Origin: Terracidiphilus sp. | Lineage (GTDB): Bacteria > Acidobacteriota > Terriglobia > Terriglobales > Acidobacteriaceae | NCBI GenBank assembly: GCA_050013195.1 | Contig: JBEKFS010000002.1 | Location: 1 to 57,598 of the forward strand | DNA length: 57,598 nt | Direction: 5' to 3' | Translations under genes and position numbers: made by a program | Shown: one piece after another, positions 1 through 7,550 of the stretch | Layout of the letters: each line of letters begins with the position of its first letter | Position numbering within the stretch: the stretch's first letter is position 1 | Notes under the pieces: model-generated | Told to the model about the DNA's origin: nothing | What the model saw: only the letters and a program-made list of their open reading frames with translations | Databases searched by the model: none

Positions 1-550
1 GAAGCGCGGGGCTAACCAACACTGCGCCTACGGCACGGGCGATGGGCTGCTCTTCCTCCAGCACGGTCGACGAGCTACTCAGCCTGCGTTTCTCGACTTT
101 CATCGGCCTCACGTCTTCTTCACCGTGATCGCACTCGTCGCATGTGTCGCGCTTATTGCAGCCTGGGCAATCGCTGGGCTCGCAGACTTCCTTTTTAGGG
201 GCCATTTCGTCGCAATCATCGGTGACGGTCATGGAGCGCACAATATCGGTATTCTCACGATCGGAGTCGCGATCGATATTCTGCGAGGCAATCTGGACGG
301 CGTAGAGGAGCAGGCCGGTTTGGCGCGCATCGAGGCGGGCGCTGAGGAAGGCAGATGTGATCTTGAAGATCGCTGCCTGGATGGAGGCGGAATCCTCCAG
401 CAAAGGGAGCTTGAGGTCATCAAATTTGATGAAGTTTGGCGAGGCCATGGCATGTGTGCGGACGTGGAAATAACAGTAAGCCGACTCGGCGAGAGCCGGA
501 GATTGGCATCGTTTACCGTTGGTCTTGATGTGACGACAAAGCTGGAACAT
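1..550 (-). CDS. Cys-rich hypothetical protein with N-terminal CCCH-type zinc-finger motif; 3' end runs off the window
   Basis: Not in the ORF track because it has no stop inside the window. Manual translation from ATG at 550: MFQLCRHIKTNGKRCQSPALAESAYCYFH...LPLLEDSASIQAAIFKITSAFLSARLDARQTGLLLYAVQIASQN...CEPSDCPGCNKRDTCDEC... Open for 183 codons, with a G-rich SD-like GGGGGT upstream. Confidence 0.8.
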   Translation of the reverse strand, partial: MFQLCRHIKTNGKRCQSPALAESAYCYFHVRTHAMASPNFIKFDDLKLPLLEDSASIQAAIFKITSAFLSARLDARQTGLLLYAVQIASQNIDRDSDRENTDIVRSMTVTDDCDEMAPKKEVCEPSDCPGCNKRDTCDECDHGEEDVRPMKVEKRRLSSSSTVLEEEQPIARAVGAVLVSPAL

Positions 551-578
551 CGGGTACCCCCACCCATACTTTGGGCAC

Positions 579-673
579 AAAATCCTTGTTTTCTTGAGGT
601 TACAAGGAGGGTTGCGCTGTAAAATCGTCAAAACAAAGGAGTTCCCTGCAAAATATTCCTGGATAAGGAGTTA
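579..673. repeat. Three tandem AAAAT-N13-(A/G)(A/G)GTT motifs upstream of the zinc-finger gene
   Basis: AAAAT ccttgttttcttg AGGTTA (579), AAAAT cgtcaaaacaaag GAGTTC (621), AAAAT attcctggataag GAGTTA (650). Confidence 0.55.
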
Positions 674-829
674 CGGGACGTTTCGGCCTCTGCCGTCAGC
701 TTTTGGCTGAAAGGAGGGGCGAAGTGGACGTACCGGACGATGTTTGAAGGGAGACTTCTGAAATCATTGTGCAACGAAGAAAGGAATTAATCTGCATAGG
801 GCTTGCTCACTCGGCGTAATCCAGAAGGC

Positions 830-871
830 GATATACATCAGCATCATATACTGATATACTGTTTATATATC
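830..871. promoter_or_regulatory. Probable vapBC promoter/operator
   Basis: AT-rich stretch with repeated ATATAC, bounded by GATATA...TATATC, just upstream of the GGAGG SD of an RHH antitoxin. Confidence 0.4.
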
Positions 872-883
872 ACGGGAGGCGTT

Positions 884-1099
884 ATGCGCACGCTCATTGA
901 CATTCCGGAAGAAGATTTCAAACTGCTGACGCAAGTGGCTAAAAAGCTTTCCGTCTCGCGTGCCGAGTTTGTGCGGCAGGTTGTCGCAACCTCTCTTGCG
1001 CCCCACCGCCAGAAGATGAATCATGCGGCCTTTGGAGCATGGTCTGACTTTCCCGAGGACGGGGTTGCGTATCAGGAGAGGATGCGCGCGGAATGGTAA
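884..1099 (+). CDS. vapB: VapB-type RHH/CopG antitoxin
   Basis: MRTLIDIPEE...VSRAEFVRQVV RHH pattern; C-terminal DGVAYQERMRAEW; GGAGG SD before ATG 884; overlaps the PIN toxin. Confidence 0.85.
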   Translation: MRTLIDIPEEDFKLLTQVAKKLSVSRAEFVRQVVATSLAPHRQKMNHAAFGAWSDFPEDGVAYQERMRAEW

Positions 1100-1464
1100 C
1101 GACGCCAGTTCTGTTCGACACCAACATTCTCATCGATTACCTGCGCGGCGTTCCGCAGGCCCGCGCCGAGTGCGACAGACATGCCGATCGCGCGGTCAGC
1201 GTCATCAGCTGGTTGGAAGTGATGGCAGGCTCAACCGCTGCCAACGAGGCGGATGCACGCAGCTTCCTGCTGAACTTCTACACCTTGACTCTCGGAGCCG
1301 ACGTGGCTGAACGTGCATTCCTCTTGCGCAGGAGCAGCAGGATTAAACTGCCCGACGCCATCATTCAGGCAACTGCCGAAGCCGCCGGCCGGATTCTCAT
1401 CACCCGCAACACGCGAGTTTTCCCCGCAGGCACGGCTGGCGTGCGGATTCCTTACACGCTCTAA
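1093..1464 (+). CDS. vapC: VapC PIN-domain toxin
   Basis: LFDTNILID, ISWLEV, KLPDAIIQATA and ITRN motifs. Confidence 0.9.
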   Translation: MVTTPVLFDTNILIDYLRGVPQARAECDRHADRAVSVISWLEVMAGSTAANEADARSFLLNFYTLTLGADVAERAFLLRRSSRIKLPDAIIQATAEAAGRILITRNTRVFPAGTAGVRIPYTL

Positions 1465-1479
1465 ATGTGATTGGGAGTG

Positions 1480-1507
1480 GCCCCTTCGGCAGGCTCAGGG
1501 CAGGCTT
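1480..1507. repeat. Short REP-like palindrome
   Basis: gccccttcggcaggctcagggc hairpin just after the vapC stop; resembles the recalled CCCTTCG...GCTCAGGG class of REP-like elements. Confidence 0.45.
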
Positions 1508-1540
1508 ACCAGGCGGGGACTGGCCGTCTAAGCGGAGGCG

Positions 1541-1599
1541 CTTCGCGCATGGGGTTCGTGGAATCCCCGGTCCCCAACTGCGAGGGACCGGGGGCACCC
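1541..1599. repeat. REP-like 59-bp element, family A copy 1
   Basis: cttcgcgcatggggttcgtggaatCCCCGGTCCCcaactgcgaGGGACCGGGGgcaccc; near-identical to 2504-2562 and 2871-2929. Confidence 0.85.
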
Positions 1600-1658
1600 G
1601 GCATTCCGGCGGATATGTGCTACAATGCCTACATGAGTGACAATGTAAGGATTCTGCC

Positions 1659-2102
1659 ATGAGTACAGCTTCTTCGATGGTCATTAGCATGCGCCTTCCC
1701 GCGGAAAGCGGAAAACGTCTCAAACGAATGGCCAGACGGCATGGATGGACCACGAGCGACGCCAGCGCTCGGCTGGTGGAGGAGGGCCTGCGCCGCTCTG
1801 AGTTTGCGTATATCGACTTTCGGGACTCGGCGGTGGGGCGGCAGGCCTATATGCAGGGCAGTCGTCTGGCGGTGTGGCAGGTGGCCATGTTGCTACGGAG
1901 TTACAAGCAGGACTTGGGGGCGGTGGCGAAACACCTGGAGTGGCCCGTGTTTCAGGTACAAGCGGCGTTGAACTATATTGAGGCGTTTCCCGAGGAGATC
2001 GCCGAGGCCCTGGCCGAGAATGACGCGATGGACTTCAATGCGCTGAAACGGATGTTGCCTCAGGCCGTGGAGTTTGTCGCCGGAAAAGCGGCCAAGCGCT
2101 GA
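1659..2102 (+). CDS. Antitoxin: RHH-like N-terminus plus DUF433-like domain (VapB45-like)
   Basis: VISMRLP...LKRMARRHG; GRQAYMQGSRLAVWQV...VQAALNY..FPEEI DUF433 pattern; stop overlaps the toxin start. Confidence 0.8.
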   Translation: MSTASSMVISMRLPAESGKRLKRMARRHGWTTSDASARLVEEGLRRSEFAYIDFRDSAVGRQAYMQGSRLAVWQVAMLLRSYKQDLGAVAKHLEWPVFQVQAALNYIEAFPEEIAEALAENDAMDFNALKRMLPQAVEFVAGKAAKR

Positions 2103-2473
2103 TGCTCAAGTTGCTTCTTGACGAGCATATTTCACCCGGCGTAGCCGCAGGCTTGCGGCGCCACAACCAGACGCTGGTTGTTCACGCAATGGCCGAGTGG
2201 GAGGGTGGCAATTATCTGGGTCAGGAGGACGCGGCTTGCCTGCGCGAAGCGACGGCGCAGGGATTGACCCTGGTCACCTATGATCAGCGGACTCTCATGA
2301 CCTTACTTAAAGCCTGGGCAGAGGAAGGGCAGGAGCACGGCGGCGTCATCTTCGTGGACGAGAAGACCATCTCGCAAGTAGAGATTGGCGGATTGGTTAA
2401 TTCCCTGAGCCGGTTGGTGCGAGAAGCAGGCAAGTGGGATTGGACGAATCGGATAGTGTTTCTGCGTCGGTGA
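2102..2473 (+). CDS. DUF5615/VapC45-like PIN toxin
   Basis: LKLLLDEHIS...D..L..A...LVTYD...HGGVIF pattern. Confidence 0.85.
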   Translation: MLKLLLDEHISPGVAAGLRRHNQTLVVHAMAEWEGGNYLGQEDAACLREATAQGLTLVTYDQRTLMTLLKAWAEEGQEHGGVIFVDEKTISQVEIGGLVNSLSRLVREAGKWDWTNRIVFLRR

Positions 2474-2503
2474 GATTTGCTGCACCTGTGGTGCGCGAGT
2501 GCG

Positions 2504-2562
2504 TTTCGTGCATGGGGTTCATGGTTTCCCAGGTCCCCAAATGCGAGGGACCTGGGGCACCC
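2504..2562. repeat. REP-like 59-bp element, family A copy 2
   Basis: tttcgtgcatggggttcatggtttCCCAGGTCCCcaaatgcgaGGGACCTGGGgcaccc. Confidence 0.85.
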
Positions 2563-2645
2563 AGTTTTAAGTTATTGAACACTGTGGTGACCTGCGCCAC
2601 CCGCCATTCGCCAAACTCAGGAGAGGAAGATGGGTTTCATTGCGG

Positions 2646-2733
2646 CCCTACGGGACGCAACTCTTCGGCGGGCCTCATTCCCCGGATTGCGCTACGCTCC
2701 ATCCGGGGCTATTATCGTCCCCTCCCTCCGGGA
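2646..2733. repeat. REP-like composite, family B
   Basis: Direct repeats CCCT(A/C)CGGGA at 2646 and 2724 flank the hairpin CCCCGGAT-tgcgctacgctcc-ATCCGGGG (2680-2708). Confidence 0.65.
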
Positions 2734-2820
2734 GTGACGGACAACGATGAGATAAATTTCGGTTTAGCTACTCAACGTTCTAAGTTGTCCCGACAATAAA
2801 AACCCGACATCCGGATCATT

Positions 2821-2929
2821 GAGGTTCGTGGTTTCCCAAGTCTGAAAATCCAGAACTGGGGCACTCACCCCTTCGCGCATGGGTTTCATGGTATCCCAGG
2901 TCCCCGAATGCGAGGGACCTGGGGCACCC
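2821..2929. repeat. Tandem family A elements: degenerate copy 2821-2865 and full copy 2871-2929
   Basis: ggttcgtggtttcccaagtctgaaaatccagaactggggcac, followed by cttcgcgcatgggtttcatggtatCCCAGGTCCCcgaatgcgaGGGACCTGGGgcaccc. Confidence 0.8.
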
Positions 2930-2961
2930 AGAGTTAGTAGTTTAATAAAAACGATCAGATA

Positions 2962-5900
2962 CTAGCTGCAGCCGTTGGTGGTGCCGCAGCTCATGCAGCG
3001 ATGGCAGGAGCCGTTGCGGACCATGATGGCTCCGCAGACCGGGCAACTAGGCGCATCGCCCATCTCGTACATTGCGCGCATGGCGTCGGCGGCGTGGTAG
3101 ATGCCGCGATCCTGGAGATGTGGGGCCGGGGCAGTGCTCGCTGCGTAGGGTGAGGCTGCATTCGCCTCGGGAGCAATGCCGCCGCCACTCATTGGGACGC
3201 TGACCTGATTAAGCCGCTTGGCGACCTCCTCGGCCAACTGGGCAAGGTGGTTCTGGGCTAACAAATCCTGGTACGGCTCGGTCTCCGGCGCCATGCTGGG
3301 CGAGGCGGGCAATTGCGAAGCCTGCGGAATGAGCCCGGAGAACAATGCCAACTGCGTGCCGGAGTGAAAGCGCAGATCGAGCCAGCGGAAGATGTAGTCC
3401 ATGATGCTGGTGGCCATGCGGATTTGCGGGTTGCCGGTCCAGCCGGAAGGCTCGAAGCGGGTGTGGGCGAATTTATTGCACAGCAATGTAAGGGGAACGC
3501 CATGCTGCAGGGCGATGGAGATGGAGGTAGCAAAGGCGTCCATCATGCCGGAGACGGTGGAACCCTCCTTGGCCATGCGTATGAAGATTTCGCCCGGTTG
3601 CCCGGTGGGATAGAGGCCGACGGTGATGTAGCCTTCGTGGCCGTTGAGTTCGAACTTGTGGGTGACCGAGGCGCGCTCGCCGGGCAGGCGATGGCGGATG
3701 GCGCGCGGCGGGCCGTTCAGGTCCTGTGCCTCAGGGTTGACGGCATCCTGCGCGGCGGTGGGCTGGAGAACTGGCACGGATGCAGCCTTATTGATCTCGT
3801 TCAGTGCGCGCTGGAAGGCGGAGGCGGCAAGAAGAACCTGTTGCACGGGAACTTCGATCTTATCGCCGATTCTGCCTTCAAGAGCTTTGAGGTCGGCTTC
3901 AGCGGCGGGCTGGCCAGCGGCTAACTGCAACAGCACGCGGCTGCCGGCAGCGTCCTGAACTGCAGAATCGTGGCGGTTGTCCATGCTGGTATTGAGCGGC
4001 TGGGTTCCCTTGGAACCGTCGCGGTAGATGGCCACAGCCTTGAGCCCCTGACGCCAGCCCTCGGCGTAAGCCTCGGAGATCTCCTCAATGCTGGCCTCGT
4101 GAGGCAGGTTGATGGTTTTGGAGATGGCGCCGGAGAGGAACGGCTGCGCTGCGGCCATCATCTTGATGTGGCCCATGTAATGGATAGTGCGCGTGCCCTT
4201 GATGGGCTTAAGGCTGCAATCAAAGACCGACAGATGCTCCGGCCGGATGCCGGGCGCGCCCTCGATGGTGCCGGTGGCGTCCACATAGCTGACGATGGCG
4301 TTCACTTCATCCGCGAGATAGCCCAGCTTGAAGAGGGCTTCAGGAACGGTGCTATTGACGATCTTGATATTGCCGCCGCCTACCAGCTTCTTGTACTTGA
4401 CCAGCGCGAGTTCCGGCTCAATGCCCATGGTGTCGCAGTCCATCATGAAGCCGATGGTTCCGGTGGGCGCGAGCACCGTGGTCTGTGAGTTGCGATAGCC
4501 GTGCTTTTCTCCGTATACCAGGGCCATATCCCAGCATTCGCGGCTGGCGTCAATCAAGGCGTCGAGTTGGGGCACGCTGAAGGGCTCGCCGCTCTGGCAC
4601 GACCGGCCAATGTTGTTGACCTCGGCGCGGTGCATGCGAATCACGTCGAGGAATGGCTCGCGGTTGACGTAGAAGCCGGGGCAGGCGCCGCCCTGGTGGT
4701 CGACATTGGCGGTCAGCGGAGTTGCCGAGGCTATCGGCAGGCAGTTTGCCGCAAGGATTGCCGATTGCAGGTAGGCCTGGCCGGTGAGGATCGCTGTCAT
4801 GGTGGCGGCAAAGTCGCGGCCGGCGTCGGAGTCGTAGGGCAGGCCCATGGACATCAGCAGCGCTCCCAGGTTGGCGTAGCCCAGCCCCAGCGGGCGATAG
4901 TCGTGGGAGTTGCGGGCGATGGCCTCAGTGGGGTAGCCCGAATTGTCCACCAGAATTTCCATGGCGGTAATGACCACGGAGATGGAGTGCCGGTAGGCGG
5001 GAATGTCAAAGCCACCCGACGGCGTTACATACTTCATCAGATTGAAACTGGCCAGATTGCAGGCCGAGTTGTCAAGGAACATGTACTCCGAGCAGGGGTT
5101 TGAGGCGTTGATGCGCGCCGTGTTCTTGCTGGTATGCCAGCGATTGATGGTGGTGTCAAACTGCATGCCGGGATCACCGCACTGCCAGGTAGCCTCGGCA
5201 ATTTTGCGCATGATGTAGCGCGCCTTGTAGGTCGCTACCGGCTCGTGGTCCTTCACTGTATAGGTTGTAACGTCGCCGTCGTTCTCGTAGGCGCGCATGA
5301 ATTCGTCACTGACGCGGACGGAGTTGTTGGCGTTCTGGAAGAAGATGGACGAGAAGGCCTCCGAGTCCGGCCCAGAGCCGTCGTAGCCGGCCTTGATCAA
5401 CGAATAGGCCTTGGCCTCTTCCTTAGCCTTGCACTCGATAAAATCGATAATATCCGGATGGTCAGCGTTGAGAATTACCATCTTGGCGGCACGACGGGTT
5501 TTGCCTCCCGACTTGATGACCCCGGCAAAGGCGTCAAAGCCGCGCATGAAGCTCAAGGGACCCGAAGCCTGGCCGCCGCCCGACAATTGCTCCTTCGAGC
5601 CGCGGAGCGGAGACAGGTTAGTTCCCGTGCCCGAGCCCCACTTGAAGAGCATCCCCTCGGTCTTGGCCAAGGTCAGAATCGAGTCCAGCGAATCGTCCAC
5701 CGCGTTAATGAAGCAGGCTGAGCACTGGGGATTGCGGTAGCCCGAGTAGGAGAATTTCACTCCGCCGGTGGAGGGATCCCAGTGCCAGTTCTGCCCATCC
5801 GCCTCCGGCTCCAGCCGGTCGCAGCCCACATTGAACCACACCGGCGAGTTGAAGGCCACCTTCTGCGTCAGCAGCATGTGGACCAGCTCGTCGTGGAAGA

Positions 5901-6264
5901 TGGCCGCATCCTCGGGGGAGGCAAAGTAACCGCCGGTCAGGCCCCAGTCACGGATGGTCTCCGCCACGCGCGCCACCATTTGGCGAATCCCCGTCTCACG
6001 CTCCGGGGTCCCCACATGCCCGTGGAGGTACTTCGATGCCACGATATTGGTCGAGGTGATCGACCAGTCGACCGGCGCCTCGACATTCTTCTGCTCGAAG
6101 ATGGAGTTGCCGTTGTGATCGGAGATCGAAGCGGTGCGCTGCTCCCACTGAATCTCGTCATAAGGAGAGACGCCCTCAGTGGTGAAGCGACGGGTAAAGA
6201 TCAGGCCCCTCTGGGTCTGGGGAGTCTGCTGGGCGGCGGCGGAATGAGACTGGACCTCGTTCAT
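2962..6264 (-). CDS. nrdJ: Adenosylcobalamin-dependent (class II) ribonucleotide reductase
   Basis: FNSPVWFN, PQCSACF, SGGKTRRAAKM, NASNPCSEY, APTGTI and SGAISKTIN motifs; TSCPD-like C-terminal domain; terminal CPVC...CHRCMSC...GCS. Confidence 0.97.
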   Translation of the reverse strand: MNEVQSHSAAAQQTPQTQRGLIFTRRFTTEGVSPYDEIQWEQRTASISDHNGNSIFEQKNVEAPVDWSITSTNIVASKYLHGHVGTPERETGIRQMVARVAETIRDWGLTGGYFASPEDAAIFHDELVHMLLTQKVAFNSPVWFNVGCDRLEPEADGQNWHWDPSTGGVKFSYSGYRNPQCSACFINAVDDSLDSILTLAKTEGMLFKWGSGTGTNLSPLRGSKEQLSGGGQASGPLSFMRGFDAFAGVIKSGGKTRRAAKMVILNADHPDIIDFIECKAKEEAKAYSLIKAGYDGSGPDSEAFSSIFFQNANNSVRVSDEFMRAYENDGDVTTYTVKDHEPVATYKARYIMRKIAEATWQCGDPGMQFDTTINRWHTSKNTARINASNPCSEYMFLDNSACNLASFNLMKYVTPSGGFDIPAYRHSISVVITAMEILVDNSGYPTEAIARNSHDYRPLGLGYANLGALLMSMGLPYDSDAGRDFAATMTAILTGQAYLQSAILAANCLPIASATPLTANVDHQGGACPGFYVNREPFLDVIRMHRAEVNNIGRSCQSGEPFSVPQLDALIDASRECWDMALVYGEKHGYRNSQTTVLAPTGTIGFMMDCDTMGIEPELALVKYKKLVGGGNIKIVNSTVPEALFKLGYLADEVNAIVSYVDATGTIEGAPGIRPEHLSVFDCSLKPIKGTRTIHYMGHIKMMAAAQPFLSGAISKTINLPHEASIEEISEAYAEGWRQGLKAVAIYRDGSKGTQPLNTSMDNRHDSAVQDAAGSRVLLQLAAGQPAAEADLKALEGRIGDKIEVPVQQVLLAASAFQRALNEINKAASVPVLQPTAAQDAVNPEAQDLNGPPRAIRHRLPGERASVTHKFELNGHEGYITVGLYPTGQPGEIFIRMAKEGSTVSGMMDAFATSISIALQHGVPLTLLCNKFAHTRFEPSGWTGNPQIRMATSIMDYIFRWLDLRFHSGTQLALFSGLIPQASQLPASPSMAPETEPYQDLLAQNHLAQLAEEVAKRLNQVSVPMSGGGIAPEANAASPYAASTAPAPHLQDRGIYHAADAMRAMYEMGDAPSCPVCGAIMVRNGSCHRCMSCGTTNGCS

Positions 6265-6422
6265 AAAACCCTCTCAGTCGAAAAAATCGGTTGAAACATC
6301 GGCTCCTCTCCGGCTCAGTGCGGCCTGAATGGAGTCAGAATTAATCCTGGTCAAAGAACGGAAACGGGGATGAAAAAGTGCCGCGAATTCTCTGTTCTCA
6401 GCGGCCTCCAGGTGGAACGCTC

Positions 6423-6438
6423 ACACCATAGATTGTTA
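6423..6438. promoter_or_regulatory. NrdR box, downstream of the promoter
   Basis: ACACCATAGATTGTTA compared with the NrdR consensus acaCwAtATaTwGtgt; lies upstream of nrdJ. Confidence 0.6.
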
Positions 6439-6464
6439 AAAGCCCGTTTAAGGCCGCAGATGAA

Positions 6465-6493
6465 AAAGTACCTCTGTCTGTGGTACATGTCAA
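6465..6493 (-). promoter_or_regulatory. sigma70 promoter of nrdJ
   Basis: Minus strand TTGACA-N17-TACTTT. Confidence 0.75.
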
Positions 6494-6500
6494 CTAAAAA

Positions 6501-6516
6501 CCACAACATCTTGTAT
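6501..6516. promoter_or_regulatory. NrdR box, adjacent to the -35
   Basis: CCACAACATCTTGTAT matches the NrdR-box palindrome and lies 7 bp from the -35 element. Confidence 0.75.
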
Positions 6517-6801
6517 TTTGTTGACGTTTCAAGCACCTACTTTGCAAACAAAGGCATTTGCCTGTGGAAAGCTCTAAAGACCCTTGCGGGGCACGGGTTT
6601 CCGCCTGTCAAATCTGCCCTAAATCCGGTGCAAACCTGGGAATGTACGACAGCGTCACCCCCAAAACCCAAGCCTAGTCCTTGCCGGGGTCGGGTACAAG
6701 ACGCAGAAATGGTGCAGATGCAGGGTGTGGCTGTGGGAGATGTGGAGATTTGGTCGGATATACGCGGAAGAGGGCAGCAGGAACGAGCAACTAACGAGCA
6801 A

Positions 6802-7107
6802 TCACTGCTCGAAGTGCGGCTTGTCCGGAATCATCTGTTGGTGCAGGACGCGCACGATCAGAATACAGTTGGGTTCCAGAATGTAAAACACAACGTGCTT
6901 GCCAATCTCAAAGCGGCGTAGGCCAGGACGGATTGAATCGCAAGATCTCCCGATGGAAGGATTCTGAACCAGGAGACTGAAACCATCTTCCAGCTTGGCG
7001 AGGTAATGATTTGTTTGTCGCCATCCCCAGGTTCTTGTCGTATATTCCGCAATCTGGTCAATATCCTCTTCGGCCTCAACGGAAACATCAACTTGAAGCA
7101 TCGTCAA
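6802..7107 (-). CDS. parE: ParE/RelE family toxin
   Basis: AEEDIDQIAEYT..TWG..Q...Y, NPSIGR, GLRRFEIGKHVVFY and IVRVLHQQM motifs. Confidence 0.9.
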   Translation of the reverse strand: MTMLQVDVSVEAEEDIDQIAEYTTRTWGWRQTNHYLAKLEDGFSLLVQNPSIGRSCDSIRPGLRRFEIGKHVVFYILEPNCILIVRVLHQQMIPDKPHFEQ

Positions 7108-7361
7108 GCCTTTCTTTCCGGAAGCCCGTATTTCTTGCGTATCCGAGAAAATACGCCCGGTTCGGCGATTCCGCTGGCAAGTCCCTTATCGATGGCCGCT
7201 CGCAATGCTGCCATCTTCTCCTCATACTCCCGCTCATCCCGCTCAAAAACACGCAGGGCGGTGCGCATCACTTCGCTGGCGTTGGCGTAGAGTCCGGCCT
7301 CTACCTTGGCGGCGATGAATTGGTCCAGCTCTTTGGTCAGGCTGACATTGCGAGTCGGCAT
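7104..7361 (-). CDS. parD: ParD-like RHH antitoxin
   Basis: RNVSLT..LDQFI..KV.AGLYANASEVMRTALR...LRAAIDKGLASG. Confidence 0.9.
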   Translation of the reverse strand: MPTRNVSLTKELDQFIAAKVEAGLYANASEVMRTALRVFERDEREYEEKMAALRAAIDKGLASGIAEPGVFSRIRKKYGLPERKA

Positions 7362-7378
7362 AGGGGTACCTCAGCTTG

Positions 7379-7407
7379 AGTATAGAGCTTTTGGCCAACT
7401 TTGCCAA
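7379..7407 (-). promoter_or_regulatory. parDE -10 element and operator
   Basis: TATACT on the minus strand (7379-7384) and palindrome TTGGC-N7-GCCAA (7391-7407). Confidence 0.55.
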
Positions 7408-7469
7408 AGCACCTGTGATGCGGCCAATCGCTCGCATGGGCGGCGTTGAGGGAGCAGAAGACCCAAACA

Positions 7470-7504
7470 CCAAACGGCCCCACGCAATCGCGCGTGGGGC
7501 CGCT
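7470..7504 (-). terminator. Intrinsic terminator after hppA
   Basis: Stem CGGCCCCACGC/GCGTGGGGCCG followed by a T-rich tail on the minus strand. Confidence 0.65.
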
Positions 7505-7550
7505 GGGCATTTCTATTGTCCGCCTGATTTGGCGGGGTGGTTGCCAGGCG

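Noticed and set aside
125-622. Track ORFs 125..622 (+) and 229..567 (-)
   Set aside because: Both are shadow frames of the motif-bearing minus-strand gene that starts at 550.
1541-2929. 59-bp repeats as a CRISPR array or integron attC sites
   Set aside because: Spacing is irregular and spans whole genes; there is no cas or intI gene and no RYYYAAC/GTTRRRY ends. They fit REP-like elements better.
2962-6264. Intein or intron in the long NrdJ
   Set aside because: No splice-junction or homing-endonuclease motifs were seen; the extra length is linkers plus the C-terminal domains.
6370-6921. 183-aa ORF upstream of nrdJ
   Set aside because: It runs through the nrdJ promoter and NrdR boxes and is antisense to parE; no protein-like motifs.
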